64,000 bases of DNA, taken from Bacilli bacterium. GTDB lineage: Bacteria; Bacillota_I; Bacilli_A; RF39; UBA660. Position 1 is the stretch's first letter. Every line of letters begins with the position of its first letter. Under the pieces are notes generated by a model, which was given only the letters and a program-made list of their open reading frames with translations, made no database searches and was not told the origin of the DNA. Shown here one piece after another: positions 26,213-36,378 of this stretch. Made by a program: the position numbers and the translations under genes. The stretch is from assembly GCA_900768815.1 (NCBI GenBank), contig CAAGEE010000002.1:4252-68251 (forward strand), in the 5' to 3' direction.

Positions 26213-26902
26213 ATGAAGAAAAAGGTAGTCAAAAAGAAAAAACTTAAAATTATACCATTTTTTATAGCACTTTTGATTATAGCTTTAGTTTCTTTTAGTG
26301 TTATACAAATATTACAAGCTAAAATAAAGAATATAATTATAACTAATGGTGACTATTTAAAAGATGATTATATTATAGATTTAGCAGGGATTAGAGATTA
26401 TCCAAGTTTTTATTTGACTAATACTTTAAAAATAAAGAAGAATTTATTGAAGTCTCCTTATATTAGAAACGTTAAGATAAAGAGAGAATTTTATCATGTG
26501 TTAGAAATTGAAGTTGTTACTAATAGACCGTTATTTATTAATAGTGCTACTAATGAAGTGGTATTTGAAGATAAAAATACGGTTAAAGTAGATGATGAGA
26601 TTGATTTATTTAGAGTACCTAGACTTATGAATTATGTTCCGGATGATAAGTATAGTACTTTTATTGATAAGATGGCTAAAGTTGATAAGGGAATACTTGG
26701 AAAGATTTCAGACATCGAATATGTACCTAATGATTATGATAAAGATAGATTTCTTTTATATATGGATGATGGTAATATGGTTTATTTAACTTTAACGAAG
26801 TTTAAACAGATAGAATATTATAATGATGTTTTAAGTCAGTTAGAGGGAAGGAAAGGTATTTTATATTTAGATAGTGGTAATCATTTTCAAATTAAGGAGT
26901 AA
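26213..26902 (+). CDS. divIB: cell division protein DivIB/FtsQ
   Basis: K-rich N-terminus, one TM, POTRA-like region (IKNIIITNGDYL). Position directly after murB. Confidence 0.85.
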   Translation: MKKKVVKKKKLKIIPFFIALLIIALVSFSVIQILQAKIKNIIITNGDYLKDDYIIDLAGIRDYPSFYLTNTLKIKKNLLKSPYIRNVKIKREFYHVLEIEVVTNRPLFINSATNEVVFEDKNTVKVDDEIDLFRVPRLMNYVPDDKYSTFIDKMAKVDKGILGKISDIEYVPNDYDKDRFLLYMDDGNMVYLTLTKFKQIEYYNDVLSQLEGRKGILYLDSGNHFQIKE

Positions 26903-26905
26903 GGT

Positions 26906-28258
26906 ATGGAGAAAGAGAAAATTAAAAGTATAGTTAAGTATATTTGTATTTTTAGTTATTCTTTTCTTTGCCTTCTTTTTATTTATACTTTATCTAGAGG
27001 GGATTTGTATGTTAATTATGGCTTTAGTTACGCGATTAGTAGAGGAGAGGTTCCTTATGTTGATTTTAACTTAGTAATACTTCCATTTGCTCCTTTTCTT
27101 TATGCAATATTTTTATTGTTTTCAAAATCAATTATTTGTTATTATTTAGGACAGGCATTATTATTAACTATTTTTTCTTATTTTGTTTTTAAATTATTAG
27201 ATAAGAAGGCCTTTTGTTACTTTGCAGTATTATTAATGCCTTTTCCAATAGCGATGGCCTCAGTTATATTTCCGGGATATAATTTTTTATTGTTACTACT
27301 TACAGTAATTGTTATTTATTTGGAGAAAGAAAAGAAGTCTGACTATTTAATTGGTGTTTTACTAGGGTGCCTTTTTCTTACGAAACAAACTGTTGGAGGA
27401 CTTTTATGTCTTGCTTCGATATATTATTTATTTAAAGATTGGAAGAAGGTTTTAAAAAGAGTTTTAGGATTTTTTATTCCAGTTTTAGTTTGCTTTTTGT
27501 ATTTGGTTTTAAGTGGTAGCTTAGCTTCTTGCATTGATTTATGTTTCTTAGGACTTTTTGATTTTGGACATAGTAATTTTTATTATGATAAGTTTTATTT
27601 GATATATTTAGTTATAGCTTTTTTTGTAGTAGTTTATAGAATATTTAAAAGACCAAAAGATATAGATAATTATTATTTATTATTATTTATGAGTTGTACT
27701 TTTCCTTTGATTGATTATTATCATGTTTCGCTATTTTTAGCATTGTTTTTTTTAGTAATTTTTTCGGATTTAAAGATAAATGTTAATTTGGAAAAACAGG
27801 CAATTGTTTTTATAATAGCAATTGGTTTTATTTGGGGGATTGTAGAAACTAAGTGTATAGGAAGTTTAAATATAGTTAATTATAAGAATTTGGAGTTATC
27901 TATTTTTTCTAGTAAATATATAAATAATGTAGAGCAGCTTGATAATTATCTTGATAATAAAAATATGGAAGTTGTTTATTTTTTAAGGGGATCGGAGAAT
28001 TATTTTTATAAGATTAAGAGTAATTCTTTGATTACTTATTTTGATTTACCTAACTATGGTAATTATGGTTATAATGGTACAGAAAAGATAATTAATAAAC
28101 TTAGTGAGTTAGATGATGTATTGATTGTTATTGATAAATCGTGTTACTTGGATGATAATGAAGCACAACAATATATAAAAGAAGCTGTTACTTATATTAT
28201 TGAAAATTGTAAATTTGTGAAGAAAATTGGCAATTACGAAGTTTACTTTAAGGAGTAG
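26906..28258 (+). CDS. polytopic membrane protein, GT-C-like glycosyltransferase candidate (paralogue 1)
   Basis: 450 aa. Multiple TM spans plus a soluble C-terminal domain. Shares NYGFSYA..GEVPYVDFN, YLEKEKKSDYLIG...FLTKQTVG, DLCFLGLFDF and NYGYNGT blocks with the next two ORFs. Confidence 0.6.
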   Translation: MEKEKIKSIVKYICIFSYSFLCLLFIYTLSRGDLYVNYGFSYAISRGEVPYVDFNLVILPFAPFLYAIFLLFSKSIICYYLGQALLLTIFSYFVFKLLDKKAFCYFAVLLMPFPIAMASVIFPGYNFLLLLLTVIVIYLEKEKKSDYLIGVLLGCLFLTKQTVGGLLCLASIYYLFKDWKKVLKRVLGFFIPVLVCFLYLVLSGSLASCIDLCFLGLFDFGHSNFYYDKFYLIYLVIAFFVVVYRIFKRPKDIDNYYLLLFMSCTFPLIDYYHVSLFLALFFLVIFSDLKINVNLEKQAIVFIIAIGFIWGIVETKCIGSLNIVNYKNLELSIFSSKYINNVEQLDNYLDNKNMEVVYFLRGSENYFYKIKSNSLITYFDLPNYGNYGYNGTEKIINKLSELDDVLIVIDKSCYLDDNEAQQYIKEAVTYIIENCKFVKKIGNYEVYFKE

Positions 28259-28264
28259 TTGGAG

Positions 28265-29635
28265 ATGAAGATAAAAAATAATAAGATATTTAAATTCATA
28301 AGAGAAAATATTAAGTATGTAGTTGTTTTTTTTATAGTGCTTGTTGCGTTAACTTTTTTTAGTAATTTGAATTGTTATGATGCGGCTTGGAATTATGGCT
28401 TTAGTTATGCTTTTTCTAAAGGAGAAGTTCCATTTAAGGATTTTAATATGATTACACCGGGGCTATATAATTTTGTTATGTCTTTAGGTTTACATATATC
28501 ACATAATAATTTGTTGTTTTTAATTGAACAGTCATTATTAATTACTTTAACGTTTTTTATAGTTTATAAGATGTATGGGAAGAAGAGTTGGTTATTTTTA
28601 TTTTTTATGGTTTTTCCTAGTTTTTATGCATTTACGCCAACATATAATTTCTTTTTAATGTTTTTAACAATACTTCTTATTTATTTGGAAAAAGAAGAAG
28701 CAAATGACTATTTAATTGGTGTTGTGTTATCATTATGTATTTTAACTAAACATACAGTGGGAATATTTTTGGTTATTCCAAGTTTTATATTTTATTTTAA
28801 GGATAAGAAGAAATTATTAAAAAGATTTATTGGTTGTTTAATACCAGGAATTATTTATGTAGTCTATTTACTTTTTATTGGAGCATTGAAATACTTCTTC
28901 GATTTATGTGTACTTGGTCTTTTTGATTTTGCTAGCAAGAATGGGGAGTTTGTTTTAATATATGTAGCTTTAACTTTTATACTTTTAGTTTTAAATGTTT
29001 TATATGTTATTTTTAATAGAAAAGATATAATGGGTTATTATATACTTTGTTTCTTTTCAGTTATGATACCAATATTTTCTTTTTATCATTTTAGTGTTTA
29101 TTTAGCAATTTGTTCTTTAATGTTACTTTCTATATTGAAAAAGAAAGATATTTCAGATAATTATCTTGGTTTTTTAGGAATAGTTTTGACGTTAATTACT
29201 TTTAGTTTTAATTTAACTTTTGTTAGAGGAGAATATTTCTTTCATGTACATAATTTTGACTATTTATATTCTAACAAAGAGAGTAGAGATAATTTTAAGA
29301 GATTGAATGACCTTTATTTAAAATACAGAGATGGTTCTAGTGTTAATATACTTTCTAGTAAGGGAGTATTAATTAAGATTATCAATGAAGAAAAACTAGA
29401 TTATTTTATGGTTCCTCTTAATGGCAATTTTGGTTATAATGGTACTTTGAAGATGATTGATAAAGTTAAAGATAACGATAAAAGCTATTATATTATTGAT
29501 ATGAATGAATATAAAAGAACTAAAGTATATGGTGGACAGTTTGCTTTAGAAATATGTGACTATATTATAAAAAATAGTAAAATAATAGAAGAAAATGAAG
29601 ACTATAATGTTTATTATTATGAGGGTGTGGTATGA
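28265..29635 (+). CDS. polytopic membrane protein, GT-C-like glycosyltransferase candidate (paralogue 2)
   Basis: Same architecture and motif blocks (WNYGFSYAFSKGEVPFKDFN, YLEKEEANDYLIG...LTKHTVG, DLCVLGLFDF, NFGYNGT). ATG 28265 is 9 nt after AAGGAG; the track start is TTG 28259. Confidence 0.6.
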   Translation: MKIKNNKIFKFIRENIKYVVVFFIVLVALTFFSNLNCYDAAWNYGFSYAFSKGEVPFKDFNMITPGLYNFVMSLGLHISHNNLLFLIEQSLLITLTFFIVYKMYGKKSWLFLFFMVFPSFYAFTPTYNFFLMFLTILLIYLEKEEANDYLIGVVLSLCILTKHTVGIFLVIPSFIFYFKDKKKLLKRFIGCLIPGIIYVVYLLFIGALKYFFDLCVLGLFDFASKNGEFVLIYVALTFILLVLNVLYVIFNRKDIMGYYILCFFSVMIPIFSFYHFSVYLAICSLMLLSILKKKDISDNYLGFLGIVLTLITFSFNLTFVRGEYFFHVHNFDYLYSNKESRDNFKRLNDLYLKYRDGSSVNILSSKGVLIKIINEEKLDYFMVPLNGNFGYNGTLKMIDKVKDNDKSYYIIDMNEYKRTKVYGGQFALEICDYIIKNSKIIEENEDYNVYYYEGVV

Positions 29636-30957
29636 TAAAAAAATATTATAAAAAAATAATTTTAGGAGTATTTTTATTCTTTGCTTTTTTGATTTGGAAT
29701 CTTATTTTATATCCGGTTAATTTAGATGAGGTTTGGAATTATGGATTTAGTCATAATATATATTCTGGACTTATTCCATATAAAGATTTTAATATGGTAA
29801 TTACTCCTTTTTATCCATTTTTAATGTCTCTAGGATTTCATTTGTTTGGCTCTAGTATGTTAGTATTTCATATAGAACAAGCACTTATTTCAGTTGTGTT
29901 TTGTTTTATATTGTTTACATTATTAGGAAAAAAGATTTGGTTTATTATTCCACTTTTATTTGTACCAATTAACGTATCTTTTCCAAGTTATAATATATTT
30001 TTATTTTATTTATTGGTTTTGTTAGTATACTTAGAAAAAAATAAAAGTTCTGATTATGTAATTGGGTTTATATTGGGACTTGCAGTTTTGACAAAACAGA
30101 GCGTTGGAGTTTGTTTATTATTACCAAGTTTATATTATATTAAAAGTTTTGATAAAATTAAGAAGAGAATTATAGGATTTATAATACCAATAAGTATATT
30201 TATTTTATATTTAGTATTTACAAGTAGTTTATATTCATTTTTAGATTTGTGTTTGCTTGGACTTTTTGATTTTGCTTCTGGTAATGGAGGAAAGTTTAAT
30301 GTTTATTTAATTTTCTTTATAATAATGGTTGGAATTACAATTTACTTTATATATAAAGATAGAAAAAATATAGTTAATTATTATATACTTTTCTTTTTTA
30401 GTATTATGATACCGTTATTTGATACTTATCATTTTGCGGTAGCATTTTTAGCTTTTTTACTCTTAATATTACTTAAGATGCAAAAAGATATTTTGAGGCC
30501 AGAATTATTTGGAATTAGTATTATTATTTTTGCATCAATACTTATGGGAAATTTTAGATTTAGAGGGCAGATAGTTTATCCTAATAATATTAGACATTTT
30601 GAATATAGGTTTATTGATTATGATTCTTTGATTTTTACTAATAAAGTTAATGAATTTATAAATGAAAATAGAGATAAAGAGATTGTTTTTCTTAATTCAA
30701 ATGGGTATTATTTTAGAATTATTAATGATATGAAGATATCTTATATTGATTTAATTAATATTGGTAATTTTGGTTATGATGGGAGTAATAAATTACTTAG
30801 AGAGATTAAGAAGAAAAAGCATGCAATATTTTTAGTGGATAGAAGTGAACTTGCTTTAGTTAAACAGACTGATAAACAGGTTTTAAACTATGTTTTAGAT
30901 AATGGAAAAAGGATTGGAAAGATAGATTTTTATGAGATTTATATTTTAAATAGTTAA
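29632..30957 (+). CDS. polytopic membrane protein, GT-C-like glycosyltransferase candidate (paralogue 3)
   Basis: LDEVWNYGFS...IPYKDFN, YLEKNKSSDYVIG...LTKQSVG, DLCLLGLFDF, NFGYDGS. ATGA overlap with paralogue 2. Confidence 0.6.
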   Translation: MIKKYYKKIILGVFLFFAFLIWNLILYPVNLDEVWNYGFSHNIYSGLIPYKDFNMVITPFYPFLMSLGFHLFGSSMLVFHIEQALISVVFCFILFTLLGKKIWFIIPLLFVPINVSFPSYNIFLFYLLVLLVYLEKNKSSDYVIGFILGLAVLTKQSVGVCLLLPSLYYIKSFDKIKKRIIGFIIPISIFILYLVFTSSLYSFLDLCLLGLFDFASGNGGKFNVYLIFFIIMVGITIYFIYKDRKNIVNYYILFFFSIMIPLFDTYHFAVAFLAFLLLILLKMQKDILRPELFGISIIIFASILMGNFRFRGQIVYPNNIRHFEYRFIDYDSLIFTNKVNEFINENRDKEIVFLNSNGYYFRIINDMKISYIDLINIGNFGYDGSNKLLREIKKKKHAIFLVDRSELALVKQTDKQVLNYVLDNGKRIGKIDFYEIYILNS

Positions 30958-31029
30958 GAATTTCAGAATTTGTATTTTACAAATCTTTTTTTTATAGTAT
31001 AATTAAATTTAAGAATAGGAGATGCTAGG

Positions 31030-32268
31030 ATGAGTGATATTTATACTTCAATTGATTTAGGTACTAATAGTATTAAAGTTGTTGTATGTGAAAAACATAA
31101 TAATGATTTTCATGTATTGGCTGCTGTTAGTAGTAAGTCTCAAGGTATTAAGAATGGACAAATTGAAGATACTAAGTTAGCTGTTACTAGTGTTAGAAAT
31201 GCTGTTAAGAAGGTTAATGCAATGCTTGGTATTAAGATTACTAAAGTACTTGCATGTATTCCTCCTACGGAATGCAGAATGGATATTGTTGTTGGTTCTG
31301 TTGATGTTATTGATTATGAGAAAATAACTGGTGAAGATGTTAGAGGTGTCTTAAAAGATGCTTTAGTGGGGCATATAGATGAGGAATTTGAGATTATTAC
31401 GGCTTCTCCTATTAGTTTTACAGTAGATGATAAAGAAAACATTAAGGATCCTAAGGGAATGTCTGGAAAATCACTTGAGGCTAAAGTGGTTGTTAGTACT
31501 TTACCTAAGGAACCATTATATAGAATATTACAAGTTTTAAAATTAGCAGGATTAGAAACTATTGATATGGCTTATAGTTCTACAGGAGATTATTATACTA
31601 TTGCTAGTGAGAGGACTAGTGAGGTAGTTGGTGCTATTATTGATATTGGAGAGAGAAGTACTAATGTTTCTGTATTTAATAAGGGAATACAAATTAAAAA
31701 TGATGTTATTCCTATTGGTAGTTTTAATGTGGATCAAGATATTTCATATATTTTTAAATTAAGATTACCAGATAGTCGTAAATTAAAAGAAACATTTGCG
31801 GTTGCTTCAGCAAATTATGCTTCTAGTAATGATGTTATGGAATGCTTAACTATGGCAGATGAAAATAAAGAAATATCTCAAGTTGGAGCTTCTAAAGTTG
31901 TACAAGCTAGAGTGGAAGAAATATTAAAACTTGCTAAAATATCAATAAAAAACTTAACAAATAGAGAAATACGTTATATAATTGTAACAGGTGGATTGAG
32001 TGAGTTAGCTGGTTTTCAGTATTTACTTGAAGATATTTTTGGAACTAGAGCTAAAGTTTGCAATATACCGGTTATGGGATTAAGACATAATAAATATAGT
32101 AGTGTTTTTGGGGTTATAAAGTATTTTGATGATAAACTTTTACTTAGAGGTAAAAGATGTAATATGATTGGAGAAAATGATAGAGAAATTTTAGTATCTA
32201 CTGGACAAAAGACTACTATTAACGATAATATAGTAAGTAGAGTGTTTGGACATTTTTTTGATAATTAA
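31030..32268 (+). CDS. ftsA: cell division protein FtsA
   Basis: Actin-like ATPase ([21 protein letters not shown]). Directly upstream of ftsZ. Confidence 0.95.
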   Translation: MSDIYTSIDLGTNSIKVVVCEKHNNDFHVLAAVSSKSQGIKNGQIEDTKLAVTSVRNAVKKVNAMLGIKITKVLACIPPTECRMDIVVGSVDVIDYEKITGEDVRGVLKDALVGHIDEEFEIITASPISFTVDDKENIKDPKGMSGKSLEAKVVVSTLPKEPLYRILQVLKLAGLETIDMAYSSTGDYYTIASERTSEVVGAIIDIGERSTNVSVFNKGIQIKNDVIPIGSFNVDQDISYIFKLRLPDSRKLKETFAVASANYASSNDVMECLTMADENKEISQVGASKVVQARVEEILKLAKISIKNLTNREIRYIIVTGGLSELAGFQYLLEDIFGTRAKVCNIPVMGLRHNKYSSVFGVIKYFDDKLLLRGKRCNMIGENDREILVSTGQKTTINDNIVSRVFGHFFDN

Positions 32269-32279
32269 GGAGGTCTAGG

Positions 32280-33398
32280 ATGATAGGCGGATTAGAAATG
32301 GATATGGTAACAACTATAAAGGTTATTGGAATAGGTGGCGGTGGCGGAAACGCTATCAACAGAATGGTTGAAACTGGTGTTAAAGGTGTTGAATTTATTG
32401 CTGCTAATACAGATAAACAAGCTTTGAATCAGTCTAAAGCAGATGTTAAAATTCAATTAGGAACGGCCTTAACTGATGGAAAAGGTGCTGGTGCTAATCC
32501 AGCTATAGGTAAAGAGGCGGCTATTGAATCTAAGAAAGAAATAGAGGAAGCTTTAACTGGTGCTGATATGATATTCGTTACTTGTGGTATGGGTGGAGGA
32601 ACTGGTACTGGAGCTGCTCCTGTTGTTGCTGAAATTGCACAAAGCCTTGGAGCATTAACTGTTGCTATTGTAACTAAACCTTTCTCATTTGAGGGTCCAA
32701 GAAGAATGAAACAAGCAGTAGCAGGTATTGAAGATTTAAAGAAACATGTGGATACTTTGATTATTATTCCTAATGATCGTTTAAGAGAAATTATTGATAG
32801 ATCAACTCCTATGTGTGAGGCGTTTAAAGAAGTAGATAATGTTTTACGTAGAGGTGTTCAGTCTATTTCAGATTTGATTGCTGTAGTTGGACTTATTAAC
32901 TTGGATTTTGCTGATGTAAAAGCAGTTATGGAAAAGTCTGGTCAAGCAATTATTGGTATTGGTATTGGTATGGGTGAGGATAGAGCAATAGATGCGGCTA
33001 AGCAAGCCGTTTCATCACCATTACTTGAAACTTCAATAGAAGGTGCTACTGATGCTATTATTAATATTACAGGTGGCGTTAATTTAACATTGTTTGAAGC
33101 TGAACAAGCAGCTGAAGTAGTAAGAGCTGCTGCTAATACTGATATTAATACGATATTTGGTTCAGTAATTAATGAGAATTTATCTGATGAAGTTATTGTT
33201 ACAGTTATTGCTACTGGTTTTGATAAAAATAAAAAAGCAGCTACTAATACTGCACAAACTCAAAATGAACAACCAGTATTTAGTAATGCACAACCTACTA
33301 GAAGAAGTAAAGAACCAGAAATTTTACAAACTAGTGATGATGATTCCGATAGTGGAGATTTTGATATACCAGCATTCTTAAGAGATAGAAATTATTAG
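32280..33398 (+). CDS. ftsZ: cell division protein FtsZ
   Basis: Tubulin signature [18 protein letters not shown]-terminal DIPAFLR peptide. AGGAGG RBS. Confidence 0.98.
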   Translation: MIGGLEMDMVTTIKVIGIGGGGGNAINRMVETGVKGVEFIAANTDKQALNQSKADVKIQLGTALTDGKGAGANPAIGKEAAIESKKEIEEALTGADMIFVTCGMGGGTGTGAAPVVAEIAQSLGALTVAIVTKPFSFEGPRRMKQAVAGIEDLKKHVDTLIIIPNDRLREIIDRSTPMCEAFKEVDNVLRRGVQSISDLIAVVGLINLDFADVKAVMEKSGQAIIGIGIGMGEDRAIDAAKQAVSSPLLETSIEGATDAIINITGGVNLTLFEAEQAAEVVRAAANTDINTIFGSVINENLSDEVIVTVIATGFDKNKKAATNTAQTQNEQPVFSNAQPTRRSKEPEILQTSDDDSDSGDFDIPAFLRDRNY

Positions 33399-33417
33399 AG
33401 ACATGGGTCTCTTTTTT
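33397..33417 (+). terminator. intrinsic terminator after ftsZ
   Basis: AGAGAC-atgg-GTCTCT hairpin followed by TTTTT. Confidence 0.75.
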
Positions 33418-33439
33418 GTTGTATAAAAAAAGAAGTAAA

Positions 33440-34348
33440 CTATTTTAGTTTTACTTCAAATTCATTTTCATTTTTCTTGTTAACAGCATTTATTATTTGC
33501 GCTAGAATGTTTAGAGCAATTTGTTCTGTTTTTCTATTTTCATCACGTAAGGGATTAAATTCAACTATGTCATAAGAAATTATATCTTTCATATGAGCAA
33601 TTATTAAGTTATTGATATTCATTACTTCTTCTTCAGTCATACCATCAAATTCAGGTATGGATACCCCAGGAGCAATACTTGGATCTAGTAGACCTAAGTC
33701 AAAACTAATGTGAATTCCTTTAGTTCTTTCTTTAGCAATAGTAAAGGCTTCATTAATTACAGTTTCAAATCCTTTTTGTTTAATATCTTCACTAGTAAAA
33801 ATATTTAGGCCAGAGTATTTTACATTATCCTTTTCCCAATCATCAATACTTCTTGCACCAACTACAACAGTTTTAGTAGGTTGAATAACATTACCATCAT
33901 GGTAGTAGCGTAGTTCATTATTTTTATAACCATTTATAGCTGCTAAAGACATACCATTAATGTTACCGGAAACAGTTGTATCAAAAGTATTATAGTTAGT
34001 ATATGGGGAAAATAAAATCATACCAATATTTTCGTAAGTTTTAGAACTGGCTAGTGCTGTTGGTATAGTAATAGAACTATCACCACCAATTACGATAGGA
34101 AAATAATTTTCCTTTTCTTTTTCAAATATGGTGTTGTAAATTTTAGTATTTATTTCATCAACTTCATATTCATTTTTTCGACGATCAGAAAGATTTCTAC
34201 TCTTTAGGATATCTTCTTCTTGCATAATAGTGATTGTATCACCTTTATAAAAACTTTTTATATCATTTATTAACTGTACTGGGCCAAGAGATGAACCATC
34301 AATGTGAACACCTAAATCACTTCCGGCTCCAATAATTATTGATTTCAT
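33440..34348 (-). CDS. arginase/ureohydrolase-fold protein with degenerate metal site
   Basis: 302 aa. Collinear by eye with B. subtilis RocF (FPIVIGGDSSI..., SGNINGM, ISFDLGLLDP, EFNP), but most Mn ligands are substituted (see findings). Confidence 0.75.
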   Translation of the reverse strand: MKSIIIGAGSDLGVHIDGSSLGPVQLINDIKSFYKGDTITIMQEEDILKSRNLSDRRKNEYEVDEINTKIYNTIFEKEKENYFPIVIGGDSSITIPTALASSKTYENIGMILFSPYTNYNTFDTTVSGNINGMSLAAINGYKNNELRYYHDGNVIQPTKTVVVGARSIDDWEKDNVKYSGLNIFTSEDIKQKGFETVINEAFTIAKERTKGIHISFDLGLLDPSIAPGVSIPEFDGMTEEEVMNINNLIIAHMKDIISYDIVEFNPLRDENRKTEQIALNILAQIINAVNKKNENEFEVKLK

Positions 34349-34448
34349 ATAACCACCTTATATAAATTTTAACGTAAAATATAATCTATATCAAGAAAAA
34401 ACTTTGAATTAGAATATATTTACTGTATAATTTGTATAGGTGAATAAT

Positions 34449-35879
34449 ATGAAGAAACTAAATGATTTGTATCCTGGAATTGGGACGGATTTTGTTATTA
34501 GAAATATAAGATGTAATCCTAGTGAAGTAGAAAAAGATGATTTATTTGTCTGTACTATTGATAGTAAGTTAGATAGACATAATTGTATAGAGGAAGCTAT
34601 TAGAAATGGGGCTAGTACAATAATAGTTAGTAAAGATATTGTTGACCCAAGAGTTGCTATTATAAAAGTTCCTGATACAAATAGAGAGTTTCCATACTTA
34701 TGTCAAAAGTTTTACGATTTTCCAGACAAAAAGCTAAAGATGATTGGTGTTGTTGGTACTGATGGTAAGACTAGTACAGGTAGTATTATTCAGAGTTTAT
34801 TAGGTATTAGTAAGACAGGTTTTATTGGGACAATGGGTAGAAGTTGTGCTGCTTTTAATGATAATAGAACTACTAAAAATATAGATGCTGCTAGACTATA
34901 TGATGGGTTAGAAGAGTTTGTGAAGTTTGGATGTGGATATGCAGTTGTTGAGTCTTCTAATAGTGATATAGCATCGTTAAGTTTAGCTGCTCTTAATTAT
35001 GATGTTTTAGTATTTACTAATCTTGCAAATGAATATTTAGATGATAATGAAAAGTTTGTTGAATATTTTAATACAATGAGTAGTCTTTTTGGTCAACTAA
35101 AGGAAGATGGATGGTGTATACTTAATGGAGATGATCCATACTTTGAAAGTGTGAAGAGTGTATGTAGAGGAAATATAGTTACATATGGTAGAAGAGATGA
35201 TGTTACACTACAGATAGTTGATTATAGTATTAATAATTCAAAGACACTTATAAAGTTTAAATATAATAATGAAGAGTTTGATGTACTTAGTTCTTTACTT
35301 GGCGAATTTAATATATATAATTTAGCAGCAGCAATACTATGTGTTTTAACAATAGGATATAGAAAAGAAGAGTTTTTAAATAAAATAAGTGATTTAGTAA
35401 TACCAGGTAGAATGGAAATGTTAAAAACTGATGCTAATTATTATGTTATGGTTGATTATGCACATACGGTTAATAGTATTGTTAAACTTGTTAATTTTGT
35501 ACATACTTTAGGAGTTAATAATATAATAATTGTACTTGGTGCTATTATGGATAAAGATTCTAGTATGTTAGCAAGTATTGGAAGTTGTGTTTGCGAGATG
35601 GCTAATAATGTAATATTTACTTATGATGATCCTAATGATATGACTATGGTTAATAGTGTTAATATAATGTATGATGCTATAAAAGAAAAATATAATAATA
35701 TGATGATTGTTCCAGATAGGAAACTAGCAATTAGAAATGCAATAGAAATAGCAAAAGACAGGGATATAGTTTTATTACTTGGAAAGGGAAGAGAAATATA
35801 TCAAAAGTTAGAATTTAATGATGTAGATGTTTGCTATCAAGAAATTGTTAATAGAAAGATAAAGGAAGAAAATAGTTAA
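34449..35879 (+). CDS. murE: Mur ligase family protein, MurE-like (divergent)
   Basis: P-loop GVVGTDGKTST, DYAHT, DDPN in place of DNPR, DRKLAI...LLGKGRE. ATG 34449 follows an AGGTGA RBS. Confidence 0.7.
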   Translation: MKKLNDLYPGIGTDFVIRNIRCNPSEVEKDDLFVCTIDSKLDRHNCIEEAIRNGASTIIVSKDIVDPRVAIIKVPDTNREFPYLCQKFYDFPDKKLKMIGVVGTDGKTSTGSIIQSLLGISKTGFIGTMGRSCAAFNDNRTTKNIDAARLYDGLEEFVKFGCGYAVVESSNSDIASLSLAALNYDVLVFTNLANEYLDDNEKFVEYFNTMSSLFGQLKEDGWCILNGDDPYFESVKSVCRGNIVTYGRRDDVTLQIVDYSINNSKTLIKFKYNNEEFDVLSSLLGEFNIYNLAAAILCVLTIGYRKEEFLNKISDLVIPGRMEMLKTDANYYVMVDYAHTVNSIVKLVNFVHTLGVNNIIIVLGAIMDKDSSMLASIGSCVCEMANNVIFTYDDPNDMTMVNSVNIMYDAIKEKYNNMMIVPDRKLAIRNAIEIAKDRDIVLLLGKGREIYQKLEFNDVDVCYQEIVNRKIKEENS

Positions 35880-36340
35880 TGGTTCGTAAAATAATAAAAA
35901 TAATATTAATAGTATTGTGGTGTAGTTTAATATTTATGTTTTCTAATGATACTGGTGGGACTTCTACTAAGAAGAGTGATGGTTTTATAGTTAGGACAGT
36001 TGAAAAGGTAATAAAGAGAAGTTTAAGTAGTGAGGAAAAAGATAGGGTATTAAAATATTTTGTGGTACCGGTTAGAAAGAGTGCACATTTATTTATATAT
36101 TTTATATTGGGATTTTTAATTATTAGCTTACTTAGAGAGTATAGAAATATTGATATGAAAGTAGTTTTTCTAGCAGTCTTTTTAGCGTTCTTATATGCTT
36201 GTAGTGATGAAGTGCACCAGTTATTTGTTAGAGGAAGATCTGGACAGATAAAAGATGTTTTTATAGATACGTTTGGAGCACTTTTAGGAGTTTTACTATA
36301 TAGTTTGATTTATAGATTTAGAAGACGCAATAATAATTAA
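35879..36340 (+). CDS. VanZ family membrane protein
   Basis: 153 aa, 4 TM. KSAHLFIYFILG and SDEVHQLFVRGRSG motifs typical of VanZ-like proteins. TAATG overlap with the murE-like gene. Confidence 0.8.
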   Translation: MVRKIIKIILIVLWCSLIFMFSNDTGGTSTKKSDGFIVRTVEKVIKRSLSSEEKDRVLKYFVVPVRKSAHLFIYFILGFLIISLLREYRNIDMKVVFLAVFLAFLYACSDEVHQLFVRGRSGQIKDVFIDTFGALLGVLLYSLIYRFRRRNNN

Positions 36341-36378
36341 GTTACAAATTTAGACATATAATTTAGTAGGAGGATTAT

